Origin: Oopsacas minuta
Taxonomy: Eukaryota; Animalia; Porifera
Assembly (NCBI GenBank): GCA_024704765.1
Contig: JAKMXF010000266.1
Span: 496,001 to 560,000 of the forward strand
DNA length: 64,000 nt
Reading direction: 5' to 3'
Part shown: piece by piece, positions 1 to 11,700 of the stretch
Layout of the letters: every line of letters begins with the position of its first letter
How positions within the stretch are numbered: the stretch's first letter is position 1
The notes under the pieces: model-generated
What the model saw: the letters and a program-made list of their open reading frames with translations, nothing else
What the model was told of the DNA's origin: nothing
Database searches by the model: none
Made by a program: the position numbers and the translations under genes

Positions 1-980
1 ATGAGAAGCACATTTTCTAAGTTCATTCTTTAGAAATGCTTGTTAATCGTGAATCGTATTAGAACTGGTATATATGTGTCTGGAATGCAAATATTACAGC
101 ATATCCGTGTCCAAACATTCCAGTTAAACCAAAGGAATTCTGCTCAAATTGGTATCTCACATTTTTTGTGAATTTCTATTGAATCTCGTTCATATTTAAT
201 AATTTCATTTGGATAAATCGACAAATCAATCTTTGCTATAATTCATTTAGTGATTTTGTGCTATATATTGTTACAGATTGGTTTACGAGGTAATGAATTA
301 TCAAATATCAAATTCTATGTTTTGTAGCTAAGTTTGATACTTAAATCTAGCTGAACTTTGTTCAGAGATACACTTACTGAAGATATCTTGTGATCATATT
401 CGAGTAGAATTTCGGTTTTCTGATCAACGCGGTAATTTATTATCCCAATTCAATAGAATTATACAATTTTACATTCATAGAGCTCGATAAAATGCTGAAA
501 TATCAATAAGTGAGGGAGTTCGGTCCTGCGAATCTCCTGATAACCCCCATTCCGCATTTCATACTTTGAAATGTAAATGTCCTTGAACGCGAGAGATATT
601 TGATTCAATATGTATAGCTACTTTCTCCAAAAACTGTTTTTCAATGATATTTGAGTAATCAAATATGCCCTAAGGACAGGCTAAGGTTGTTGAATGAATA
701 TAAAAATTGGTAAGAATTTTTCTTCTCAGAAACCCAAAAACCCAAAAATTTCAATTCAACAAAACGATAAATTGAATATTCAAGAAGATATATCGTACAA
801 TTCCCCGCTTATAGAGGTAATTTCAATAGTGTGAGGCATAATTTCCTCTATAGTATCCCCATTCCCCACCTTATAGAGATCCCACTTATAGATGTTGCAC
901 TATAAAACTTATTTTCTAAGGTGAAAGCACGAATAGAACATTCTTTATATAATTGTCCGTCCTCTGTATAGGATCCTTCA

Positions 981-3900
981 ATGCAATCCAAACGAATCTC
1001 CATAACTTTCGGTCAGAACCCAGAGCCTGTTGGTATCAGCATAAAGCGTCTGGACCTTTCAGAAGGTTCAGGGATATACGTCATAGGAATACAACCAAAT
1101 TCTCCAGCAGCTAGAGACGGTCGGCTAAAGGTATTTGACGAATTATTAACAGTTAATGACACTCCCGTCCGACAATTTCCATACGATCAACTGAGATCAA
1201 TTTTCACTCATAGAGGAATTACCCTGAAACTCACAGTATACCGTAATTGCTCAGCAGCTATACTACACGCTATCGGCTATCCTATACCAAACGATAATAC
1301 AGGAGAGAACTTTAATACATACCACAGTCCATCAAATTCAGACCCATCAATAGAATACGTAGAATTACACAGTGATATGAGAGATTTCGGATTCTTCGTT
1401 GCCCCGGGCTGTGGAGAGTATCCTGTCATTAATCATATATCTCCAGCTAGTCAGAGTGAATTAGATAACCGATTGAGGATAGGTGATGAACTAATTCAGG
1501 TCAACGAGCACCATGTAAGGAACGTAGCCTCACAGGTTGTTATGGAGCTAATACAGAAGAATACAGATATTAAACTCAAAGTAAGACACATGGTAGACCC
1601 GCTTAAAACTCCTACAGAAATGCACCCACAAGTAAATCATACTCGTGACGTAGATATTATATCAGTAACTATAATGAGGGATACTAGAGGTTCTCTTGGC
1701 ATATCAATACAAGGAGTGACGTCAGATAATGACGTATCATCTCCTGAAGATGGTATATACATAGCCAAAATTTCTACAGACGGACCAGCTGATATGAATG
1801 GGATAATTAAAGAAGGGGACAGGATTATTGAGGTTAATGGGAACAATCTAAAGGGTGTCGATCTTAAAAGAGCTCTAAGACTAGTGAAAATGAGTGGTAA
1901 CCCTGTGAATCTCGTGCTAGAGCGAGGAAGAGATGGTAAACAGGTGGAATTGGCATATGATCAAGATTCTAGTACGGAGAATTATACACAAGAGAATACA
2001 TTTACTATTCCTAGTGTTGTATCAGATGTTGAAGTTTCCCAACGAGAAGAATCAAATAAATCAAACAGTATTCACTCTGGTGTGAGCTCGATACACGGAT
2101 TCTATCCTTCCCGGCTATCAGAAGCTTCTCTACAGTTCTCTCATGATCCACAAGGGATACTAGATAAGGAAGAGAAAACGAGATTAGTCAAGGAATGGCA
2201 ACCCCGCGTCGGACCTGAGAAAATCGTAAAGATAGCACAACTCACCAAATACAGTGCTGACGGAGAGATAGGTCTGGAGATAGAACCAAAACCTGTTTAT
2301 CAGAAGAACGAGCTTACCGGCATGAAGACTGTAATCTCAGCTATCAGTAGCGGACCTGCTAAAGATGACGGTGTATTACTCCAGGGAGATGAGATACTAG
2401 AAATCAATGGTGTACGTGTTACAGATGTACATTATGATGACGTCATTGCTCTCCTCAAGGCTACACCTCAACAGATTAGACTAGTCGTAGCTGGTCCTCA
2501 TGAACGAGGAGAGGTCCCCACACATTATCTAATGTCAAGTCTATCCTCTTCAGAGGGGGAATCTCCGTCTAACACGCTAGAAATGCCACAACGTAAGAAA
2601 TCATACAAATCAAACAAGTTTCGTGACGCAGCGAATAGCTCGACTTATCCTCGACAACAAATCTCAAGACTACATGAAATAATACAAACAGATCTAGATG
2701 AGACTGATGACCTACTTTTACTGAAAGAAATACACGAGCAGAACCGTAAGGAACAACTGGAAGAATTAGAACAAATGAAAATAGAAAAAGAAAAGTTAGA
2801 GAGGGAAGTATTCTCTAAATCAGAGCTAGACAATGAAGCTAAATTAAACTTACGTGCTTGTTTAGATAGAGTACAGCTTCATTATGAGAAAGAAACTACA
2901 CTACCCAGACCCTCTAAATACTCAAAGATGTTCTCATACAAACATCCTAATCTTAATTCCTTTGGACAAACTTCTACTTCATACGTAGCTTCAGGTATTG
3001 CTACTACTCCACGCGCACCTAAAGCACCGAATAATCCCAAATTCTTTATGTTAGATGACATGGAAAATACTACTAAACCTCTTCCTATAACGTACAACCA
3101 AGATTCCCTTAAAACTGACAAGTCTAAAGTAGCTGAGCTCGGTCTGGAGCCCAATGAAGCTAATCTCCTTAATCTAGTATGTGTACCATTTAACAAACAT
3201 GAATCTAACAAGAAAAACCAACCATTGGCTCTGATACCATTTCCCATAATGTCACACAGTGCTACTACTAGTGATGACGAGTCAATACAATCTCCTACGA
3301 AACTTTCATTCCCTGAGACTCCAATATTACCATCTATTGAGCAAGAGGCTGAACATGTGTTCAACTCCCGGATAGAAAATGAACGACAGGAGATAACTGT
3401 GACTAAAGGTGAGACGTTAGGGATAGGAATTGATCGTCAGAGGGTTCCTGAGACAAAGGGGAAGAAGTATAAAATAGTTATACATGATATTGTAGCAGGA
3501 TCAGCTCCAGCCAAAGATGGTCGTTTGAAAATAGGAGATGAGTTACTATCCATAAACTCATTCAATGTGGAAGGGAAATCGAAACAAGAAGTTGCTCTAC
3601 ATATAACTAATCTGCCAAAAGGCCCTGTCGTCCTTACCGTACTCCATCAGCAACAGGACACACTCACCAAGGAGAACAAGCATGAGTTTTTGAAAAAAGG
3701 CCAGACTCCCTTACGTACATTCAAGCTTATATCACCTGAAAAAACTAATCTGAATAAAATAGAAAAAGCTTTCTCTCTAAGCACAATATCTGACGGCAGT
3801 AAAATTGATTTCCTTGGTTCACGTATAACTCACTCAAGCTCAAACAGCAATAACTCCCTCAATGATCATATCGATCCTTATCCACTCAAGATGTTATCTA

Positions 3901-6692
3901 ATATCCATGGTGTAGATAAACTACATAAAATATGGGATGATTTCAATATTGACTCCTTGGAATTAGAAGATGGGAATAGACTTTTCAAATCTAAATCCCT
4001 AGATTTAGAAACACGTGACGAAAGTAGCTCAAACTCTCTTGATGAGCTCCACACTACTTTCCTAGACCAAGATATATCTGTATTCCCTCAACCAAGTGAA
4101 GAACTGAATAATAATAATACCTTACAAATGAAATCTAATCATAATTCAACTCATGGACAGGCAACTGAACAAATTTCCTACTCTTACGAGAATTCCCCAC
4201 CTATTTTACCACAACAACATCCACAACAACATCAACAACAATATTATCAATCAGCTGGTAATGGGAAGAGACAATCAGTTCCAAGAGGCGTAGTGCGAGA
4301 AGTCCATCTCTCTCGGAAAAGAGATGCCAACCTCGGTATAAGTATTGTGGAGAAATTCATCCCTGGTGTACTAGAACAGTCTAAAGGTATTTTCATCAAA
4401 TTAATAACAGATCCCATTGTTTTGTCAGGACAACTTGAACAGGATGATCAAGTCCTGGAAGTGAATGGGATTGATATGAACGGGTTTCTCCACGACCAGG
4501 CTGTAAATCTTATCAAAAAGGCAAGTGAGCCTGTTATTTTAAAGCTCCTACATTCACCTGAATTCGTCAAGAGAATATCTTTAGCGAAAATAGCAAGTGA
4601 ACATTCAGAATTAGGCGGGGAAATTATACATTCCTATTTCGTCACCGGTAACAAGGGATCAGGTATTGTAGTAGAGACAGCTAGACAGATAAACGAGAGA
4701 GTTGGACGGACTTACTTCAAAGTATCTGAGGTTATAAAACGCTCAAGTGCAGAAGAAAGTAAGAACATAATGAAAGATGACGTCATAATAAATATTAACG
4801 GGCTGAATGCAGTTGGTATAAATCACCAACAACTAGTTAAACTACTGAACACACCACACTGTGACGTATCCATCATATTATGTCGTACAACAAACAAATC
4901 GCCACGTGAATTAAACAATGATAGACATCCTCCTTCAAGAGCTAGACTATACCTAAAAAGCTGTCTGATCGATAAAGTACATGAAGTTGAAATTTGTGTT
5001 GAAGCACAAGAGAGTGCACATCAAAGGCCTATTATTGTTATTACAGGTGTTAAATCAAAACATCCGTCATTCCTAGAGGAGATACACCCAGGAGATGAAT
5101 TGGTAGCTATCAACAAGAAGAATCTTAACGGCTGGAAGGTTGAGAATGTACAGAGATGGTTGTATGAGCTACAACTCACCTCTCAATACGAGATATCATT
5201 CTATTCACGTGCTCCTCACAGCACAAGCACTAGTACGGGTTCAGCACACTCTTACGAGTTAGAACAAACACGACCACCCTCATACACACATCAGTTATCA
5301 GCACAATTCACCTGTGTATTCTATAAGGAAGCTAGACAGGATGTAGGACTTTTATTTGTAGATGGAGAAGTTGATGGAGTATACATAGAAGAAGTGGATC
5401 CTAATGGATTAGCTGCTACAGACCAAAGAGTACGACCTGGATGTAGAGTAGTAGCTATTAATGATAGAAATCTTATGAACGATGAAGCGTCGTTTGTTGA
5501 AATGGTTCTTAACGGAGTAATAGGTCAGATATCTCTAACTCTAGAGAGTTCATTCGTGCATAGAGTACCTCATCAACATGCACACGGTTACTTCACATAC
5601 TCTTCAGAGAGTAGTCAGGATATGTCTACTACACATTCACCACAACCTCACAGAAGTATGCCTGAACACAATATACCTCCTCAGTATCAAAATATGCAGC
5701 CTCAATATCACAATATTCCCCCTCAGATGCACAATCTGTCCCCACAGGTAAATCTGCCTCCTCCAGTTCATGATATGTCTGATTATTTCCCCAAACGTGG
5801 TACACGCATAGTTCAACTATTCCGGGAAGGAGAAAAGGGGTTCGGATTGACCCTCAGAGGCGGGGCTAACACCAGTCACGGTGACCTCCCTCTCTTCGTC
5901 GGTAAAGTGTACCAACATCAGGCTGCACACCGTTCAGGACAAGTACACGAACGTGACGTCATATTAGCAATCAATGACATACCAACATTAGGCATGACGT
6001 GTATAGAAGCTGTAGCCGTGTTGAAAGCTTATAAAGTTATTACACTAACTCTATCGGATGAGAAGGATCCTATAGCAGATATACTATTACCACAACAGAG
6101 GAATAGTGGTATGTATAACGACCTGATGTCATCTAAGGAGTCTCTCAAATCTCGTGATGCATACATTTCTAACAACAATTCTAATCCAGAACGTAAATAC
6201 GCTTACAATCCGTATTCTCCTGGTCACACACCGCCAATGCGTTACAATACTAATGTCTTAGTGCCTACATACCCAGCTAATATGTACACAGACTGGAATT
6301 CTCATTATATATCTCCTCACGTGATGCAACCTAATGAGAAAATTAACGAACCTCCTCCTTATGAAGTATCACAGAACTATATACTCAAACAGGAGGCGAA
6401 TTTGCTTATGGTACATTTGCAAAACGTCATGCAGCGGGGCTTTGGCTTCAGTATAAGCGGGGGTGTCGATAATTTATCCGGCCCACAGCCCATACTTATA
6501 AAATCAATGACAGACGACGGTGCTGCGAAACTTGACGGTAATTTCGCAGTAGGTGATGAAATATGCGCTGTGAATGGACACTCCCTGATAAATGTTACAC
6601 ATCACCATGCTGTCAATATACTCAAACAATGCCAAGAACAATTGAAGCCAGAACAGGAAGTACAATTATTGATAAGAAAACGACAAGTATAA
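981..6692 (+). CDS. Multi-PDZ scaffold protein (MPDZ/PATJ/InaD-like), 1903 aa, about 11 PDZ domains, single exon
   Basis: Repeated PDZ signatures (e.g. SLGISIQG...GPADMNGIIKEGDRIIEVNG; GFGLTLRGG...HGDLPLFV; GFGFSISGG...GDEICAVNG). The last two PDZs resemble MPDZ C-terminal PDZs. An acceptor-like TGTATAG lies in frame just upstream of the ATG, so an upstream exon is possible. Orthology not established. Confidence 0.9.
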   Translation: MQSKRISITFGQNPEPVGISIKRLDLSEGSGIYVIGIQPNSPAARDGRLKVFDELLTVNDTPVRQFPYDQLRSIFTHRGITLKLTVYRNCSAAILHAIGYPIPNDNTGENFNTYHSPSNSDPSIEYVELHSDMRDFGFFVAPGCGEYPVINHISPASQSELDNRLRIGDELIQVNEHHVRNVASQVVMELIQKNTDIKLKVRHMVDPLKTPTEMHPQVNHTRDVDIISVTIMRDTRGSLGISIQGVTSDNDVSSPEDGIYIAKISTDGPADMNGIIKEGDRIIEVNGNNLKGVDLKRALRLVKMSGNPVNLVLERGRDGKQVELAYDQDSSTENYTQENTFTIPSVVSDVEVSQREESNKSNSIHSGVSSIHGFYPSRLSEASLQFSHDPQGILDKEEKTRLVKEWQPRVGPEKIVKIAQLTKYSADGEIGLEIEPKPVYQKNELTGMKTVISAISSGPAKDDGVLLQGDEILEINGVRVTDVHYDDVIALLKATPQQIRLVVAGPHERGEVPTHYLMSSLSSSEGESPSNTLEMPQRKKSYKSNKFRDAANSSTYPRQQISRLHEIIQTDLDETDDLLLLKEIHEQNRKEQLEELEQMKIEKEKLEREVFSKSELDNEAKLNLRACLDRVQLHYEKETTLPRPSKYSKMFSYKHPNLNSFGQTSTSYVASGIATTPRAPKAPNNPKFFMLDDMENTTKPLPITYNQDSLKTDKSKVAELGLEPNEANLLNLVCVPFNKHESNKKNQPLALIPFPIMSHSATTSDDESIQSPTKLSFPETPILPSIEQEAEHVFNSRIENERQEITVTKGETLGIGIDRQRVPETKGKKYKIVIHDIVAGSAPAKDGRLKIGDELLSINSFNVEGKSKQEVALHITNLPKGPVVLTVLHQQQDTLTKENKHEFLKKGQTPLRTFKLISPEKTNLNKIEKAFSLSTISDGSKIDFLGSRITHSSSNSNNSLNDHIDPYPLKMLSNIHGVDKLHKIWDDFNIDSLELEDGNRLFKSKSLDLETRDESSSNSLDELHTTFLDQDISVFPQPSEELNNNNTLQMKSNHNSTHGQATEQISYSYENSPPILPQQHPQQHQQQYYQSAGNGKRQSVPRGVVREVHLSRKRDANLGISIVEKFIPGVLEQSKGIFIKLITDPIVLSGQLEQDDQVLEVNGIDMNGFLHDQAVNLIKKASEPVILKLLHSPEFVKRISLAKIASEHSELGGEIIHSYFVTGNKGSGIVVETARQINERVGRTYFKVSEVIKRSSAEESKNIMKDDVIININGLNAVGINHQQLVKLLNTPHCDVSIILCRTTNKSPRELNNDRHPPSRARLYLKSCLIDKVHEVEICVEAQESAHQRPIIVITGVKSKHPSFLEEIHPGDELVAINKKNLNGWKVENVQRWLYELQLTSQYEISFYSRAPHSTSTSTGSAHSYELEQTRPPSYTHQLSAQFTCVFYKEARQDVGLLFVDGEVDGVYIEEVDPNGLAATDQRVRPGCRVVAINDRNLMNDEASFVEMVLNGVIGQISLTLESSFVHRVPHQHAHGYFTYSSESSQDMSTTHSPQPHRSMPEHNIPPQYQNMQPQYHNIPPQMHNLSPQVNLPPPVHDMSDYFPKRGTRIVQLFREGEKGFGLTLRGGANTSHGDLPLFVGKVYQHQAAHRSGQVHERDVILAINDIPTLGMTCIEAVAVLKAYKVITLTLSDEKDPIADILLPQQRNSGMYNDLMSSKESLKSRDAYISNNNSNPERKYAYNPYSPGHTPPMRYNTNVLVPTYPANMYTDWNSHYISPHVMQPNEKINEPPPYEVSQNYILKQEANLLMVHLQNVMQRGFGFSISGGVDNLSGPQPILIKSMTDDGAAKLDGNFAVGDEICAVNGHSLINVTHHHAVNILKQCQEQLKPEQEVQLLIRKRQV

Positions 6693-7814
6693 CTCTTTAA
6701 TGTATTGCTTTGTATGTTTTTTAATCGTGTATCTTTCTATTTCAATACAGCCCCTTAAATAGTATGTCTAGCTTATCAATATCAACCCAGCAGAGCTAAA
6801 GATAGTTTGATTGTTTCTATTCACAATTCAACGAGAATTATATCATTTTAATACGCATTGTTAATGTTAGAATTGATTTAATACAGTAGAACTTCGTTTG
6901 ACGCGTTTTGACGCAAGTTTTCTCGATTCTTTGCTAGTAACTCTCTAGTACTTGAGATTTTTAATTTTAGCGTCCCTGGTTATGCGTCAGGCGCTAGAAA
7001 ATCACTCCCAAGACTTGCGAAGAAAGATTTATCGCCACCCTCTAGAGTCTAGAAGGATATTTTGATTAAATATATGAATATGCCTCATTTCACTACACAA
7101 CAAATAATTCCCAACATCATTTATCGTATCTTCAAAATTGGGTTCTTATTCAGAGCAATGCAACATATATTATCGCGATATGTACTATGAATAAGTTTAC
7201 ATATAAGACTGATTTGAGAATATGAAACCTTGCGTAACCGGTTACATCAATATAGCTGTTGAAAGCTTCTATGAGAATAACTGATTTCTCTGCTGTAGCT
7301 TCTAGGAACTAACCTGCCGCGTGAAATGGGAATACCCGTTTTCACAACATGACATTAACTCTTCCTCAAGACTGGGGAGAATTAATTAAGGACCCACGAC
7401 TATGAGGGCCACGTTTTTGATAAGGGCTGAATTACAGTGAGCTCACATACATACTGCATAATTGTTGCATTCATTCATTAGCTCTCTAAACACACACCTT
7501 CAGGTCATAGGGCACTGGACAACACAGCAAGAATGTTACTACTATTCTCTCAATGAAGACTCCAAAAACACATTTTCGATGAGTTATTTGAGTATGATGA
7601 AATTAGATAAAACACCAAAATATCCACTGTAGGAAGCAAATTTCCAAATTTCTGGTTGCCCACGTGATGCCTATACATAATGCTATGATAATATCAAATA
7701 CTAACATGTTTATGTTTAATCAACTTCACAGATACTACACATACATTAAACTAAATAATAATATATAGAATTTGTTAAGATACTCAAATAATGACTGTTC
7801 TTCTCTTTGAATAG

Positions 7815-8003
7815 TTAAGACTTTGAGCCGTAGACTTTACGTCCAACGAATCCTAGAATAATACAAGTAGTAATGAATCCAATAACGAGGATAATAACCA
7901 ATGCTATTCCATCTAATGCCCCGAATGTATAAGCATGTACTGGTGCGAATAAACTGCACAGAAGCAGTGTGAAGAAACAAACTAGCTCTGTTGATGTAGA
8001 CAT
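7815..8003 (-). CDS. SMIM30: Small integral membrane protein 30-like microprotein (62 aa, signal peptide + TM)
   Basis: MSTSTELVCFFTLLLCSLFAPVHA|YTFGALDGIALVIILVIGFITTCIILGFVGRK matches the SMIM30 pattern (signal peptide, D-x-IAL, C-x-x-LG-x-x-x-RK). Second Met of the 7815..8021 ORF used as start. Confidence 0.75.
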   Translation of the reverse strand: MSTSTELVCFFTLLLCSLFAPVHAYTFGALDGIALVIILVIGFITTCIILGFVGRKVYGSKS

Positions 8004-8764
8004 ATTCCTTATCTCTTTCAATTCTCAATTTACAATCTTTCCCGATGAAATAAGATATATATAAATCTAATGTAATTTGATTGAGTAATATTAACCAAGG
8101 TAGTTTATGATATAGGACTAATGGTGAATGAAACCATGTGTGCAACTTGAGAAGTCTTATGGCAGAAATTACTGCATTGTGATTACACCATGCTGGTAAG
8201 GTTATATATCTGAATTTGTATAGACGCGGGATTAATTCTAAAATTAGCACATAAAGTAGAGGTGTATGCAATATTACTTAAGATGATGAGGCTATTTATA
8301 AATTTATTTCTTTAACATATTTGATGCCATTTATGGATAAATACATTAACTTTAATCTTATAAACAACATATTTGGCTAGGTGGTATGGTATAGGGACGT
8401 TATAAGAACATTCATTACTACCAAGGCGGTTCTTATAACCGACCACTGTATTCCCTTTCACCTTGTATACAGTCGGATCACTGTACTAAACCACTACTAG
8501 CTTTTCTAGCTTTTCCAGTTTTTCCAGGACACATTCATTTATTTTGTGTTTTCAAGAGTACTATCGATAACGTGCATCTATGTTCCGAGTTTTATGTAAT
8601 AACATTTTTTCCGCTTTTCTGAGGAAATAGCGGACATTATTAAACGCGTAGCATATATGTATACATTTATATATCTGCTTTACGTGATTATCACATAACT
8701 GGTTGGGAGAGGGTATATTCATAGGAATGCGTTATAAATTGTAGCATGCACTATAAAGATATAA

Positions 8765-11700
8765 TTACAAATTAAAGGATTCTTGAGAATCTTTATTCTC
8801 ACTCTCCTTATCATCTCCATTGACAAGTTGTTCAATAACGTTATCTTGTAATTCATCAGAGTTTTGTTTCATTAAAGATAATGTATTAGCTCTATGTGTA
8901 AAACTATCATCTTCTGATTCATCTGAATCTTGTTCAATAGATGGACTCGTTATATCTGATCCTCTCTTCAGTGTACCACCCTTTGAATAACTATTAGATG
9001 AGTATGCAGAGCTGCATAACTTTGTACGTGACTGTATAGCACTAGATTGGAATCTCCATACCATTAATCTGGATGCAATCTCGTTCTGTTCAACTGATAC
9101 AACTACCTCTACATCTCCTGATATATGTACAGTGGGTAGAGGTTGTATAGAACGTATCTTACTTCTGCTACAGTGTTGGTAAGCTATAAGAGGACTCTCT
9201 TCTATTACAAGATCACTCACACGAGGAGGTTCCTAAAGTAGGAATCGTATAGACATTGCATAAACCAATTATTTTAGTAGCTATATTGCTAACCGAGTCA
9301 AATAGAATTTAAAATGTTGTAATTTTTGTTCGTTATCAAATTGCAAACCCTAAAAATAGTAGTATTTTCGCATTATTCGGCCTTTTAAACGGTACGTAAC
9401 CCCGGTAGTATAAAGAGTGGTAAAGTACTTTCAATTTTTATAGCAATTAGAATTATACGACGTATAATGGAATTTGCTTCGGGGTTTGGTTCTCAAACAG
9501 TTGCTAATAGGCAAATATATATTGCTAGTATTAAGCTAGTGCTAATAAGCGAACTCTACTGTACATGTATTATTTGTAATTAATATACACCTCATCTTGT
9601 GATTGATATGAATTAACCAATGGAGCTTTCAAAGCATTTCCCACTATAGATTTTCTGCTGCTGAACTGAATGTTCCCAGATCCGCTGTTAGACCGGAACT
9701 TCTCAACCTCTGGTACCAGAGACCGTATCATCACAACATCTAACAGCAATAGAGTCCCTGTCTTAGTCCCCACCCATATAAGGTTACCCTGTGGAGCTAT
9801 TGCAGTCAATTCACTGACCTCCTTTCTGTTGATGTCTGGAAGAATTCTAAAGGTAAGATTTGGTCATGATTACATACTTAGATATCTCATATATTATTAT
9901 TTTTATACAAAAATTACATATATGTAAATCATGTTTATCTTAATAATAATATTATGATTATTACTCATTAGATATTCCTCTGGCTAGAGATTGTACAACT
10001 TTTAGGGAGAGGACGAGAATCTCCTTTTTCTCTAACTTGGTCAAATCATAAATATTGTTATCATAATGTCAACCTACTGTAAATCGAATCTTAGCAATAA
10101 TCTCCCAGTTTCCCAATCCCAAATCCAAATATATGAGCATCTTCTTGCTATTGTCCATATCCATGCGCCGCTAATCACCATGTCTGTTACTGTCTCATTA
10201 GCTACGAATCTGTTACTATTTCTAGTCGAGAAATAGGGTGCTAGTATTTCCTGCTCGCGATGATGAGCTATACCTTTAAATTTTGGTTGTTCTTTCAATG
10301 TTAGAGGGTTTATCACTAGCATTTTATGTCCACAAGCTGCCCATATTAATCCACGTGGAGTTTGGATAATTCCTCTGCATGGCTTATTCTCTTGTAGCAA
10401 TACAGCTTTCTCTCCTAAATTCATATTTGTATAAATGTAACTGTAAATTGGAATACTATCGAAACTGGAATTTGTTTGTGCAATAATTTATGTATGTACA
10501 TATAGCTCTGAATTGTACAGGACATTTGGCCTGTATTTTTGTCTATGAATTGAATCAAATAATCCGATTTTAGCATTACAATAATATACAGCTTGATTCT
10601 AGTTCTCGAGTGTTCGAATGGATCAGATCTACTACTACAGACTACTGTATACATCCAGGGGGAAAATATTGGATATTTCTGGCTCTTTAGCTCATAAGAA
10701 AGGGAAAAAATCGTATTATTTCCTTATAAAATTGGATATCTAGAGAAAATTTTGAGAATCCAGTGATTTCGAGAGTTGGTAAGTATGTATATAGTAATTG
10801 TAATTGGTCATTATGACAACATCCATACATTATTCTACAATATTGACTTATTTAGGGGAATCTCATTAATACGAATTTCCGGATAAGACAAACAAATTTG
10901 ACCGTCAGTTGGTGTTCGTATAAATGAGGTTCCACATAATATCTACCTTCTAATGGATTATGTATAACATCTCCATTCTTCATACCCATAAATACCATGA
11001 TATTACCGTTAGCTAGTCCTACTAACACTCTATACTTTAGCATTTCTAGTCCCTCCTGATCTGGCTTAAGTTCTTTTACACTCTCCCAATTCTTGTCTAT
11101 TGGCATGAGTGAGAGAACTGCATCCTAAAGCACGAATAGTAGGAAAGGTAATTCATTTAGCAGCTGTATGCGACCATCAGAAGGGTAGTGTAGTTTAGGG
11201 TCCTTCCCTTCCCATTTTGTCGAAATGAGAATTTCTAGCATAATTGAATTAAAGGCAAAAGGTGTGAATTATGATTAATCATATCATAACTCTGAATTTC
11301 TAACTTTGAAGGTTCTGCAAATATCAAAATTGGACTCTACGCACCCTATTACCCTGACAACATCTAGCATGCTTTTTGAATTTTACGTAAAATTTGTGAA
11401 AATATGATAAATCAATTTCCTTCCCCAGGTGCAGATCTCCAACTCAAAATGTACATATATATGTACCAATTTTAATGTTAATCGGATTGCTAAATTTGCA
11501 AGGCCGACAGATGGAGGGATATACGTACGTATGTAAGTCACACATCGTCCATGTCATTAAGGCATCTCCCGATGGGAGCTGCGCTAATTAGTCTTACTAA
11601 TACTATTGGCTATTCACCTAATGACCTTGTATTTACCTGTAGTTGCCCACAGTAATAGTTATTCATATCAGGAAGATCATACACATATAGAGCTCCTTTA

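Noticed and set aside
1637-3364. Minus-strand ORFs 1637-1846, 2645-2833 and 2882-3364
   Set aside because: Antisense shadows of the PDZ gene with no recognisable motifs.
7837-8271. 144-aa minus-strand ORF overlapping SMIM30-like
   Set aside because: No recognisable domain; overlaps a better-supported ORF in another frame.
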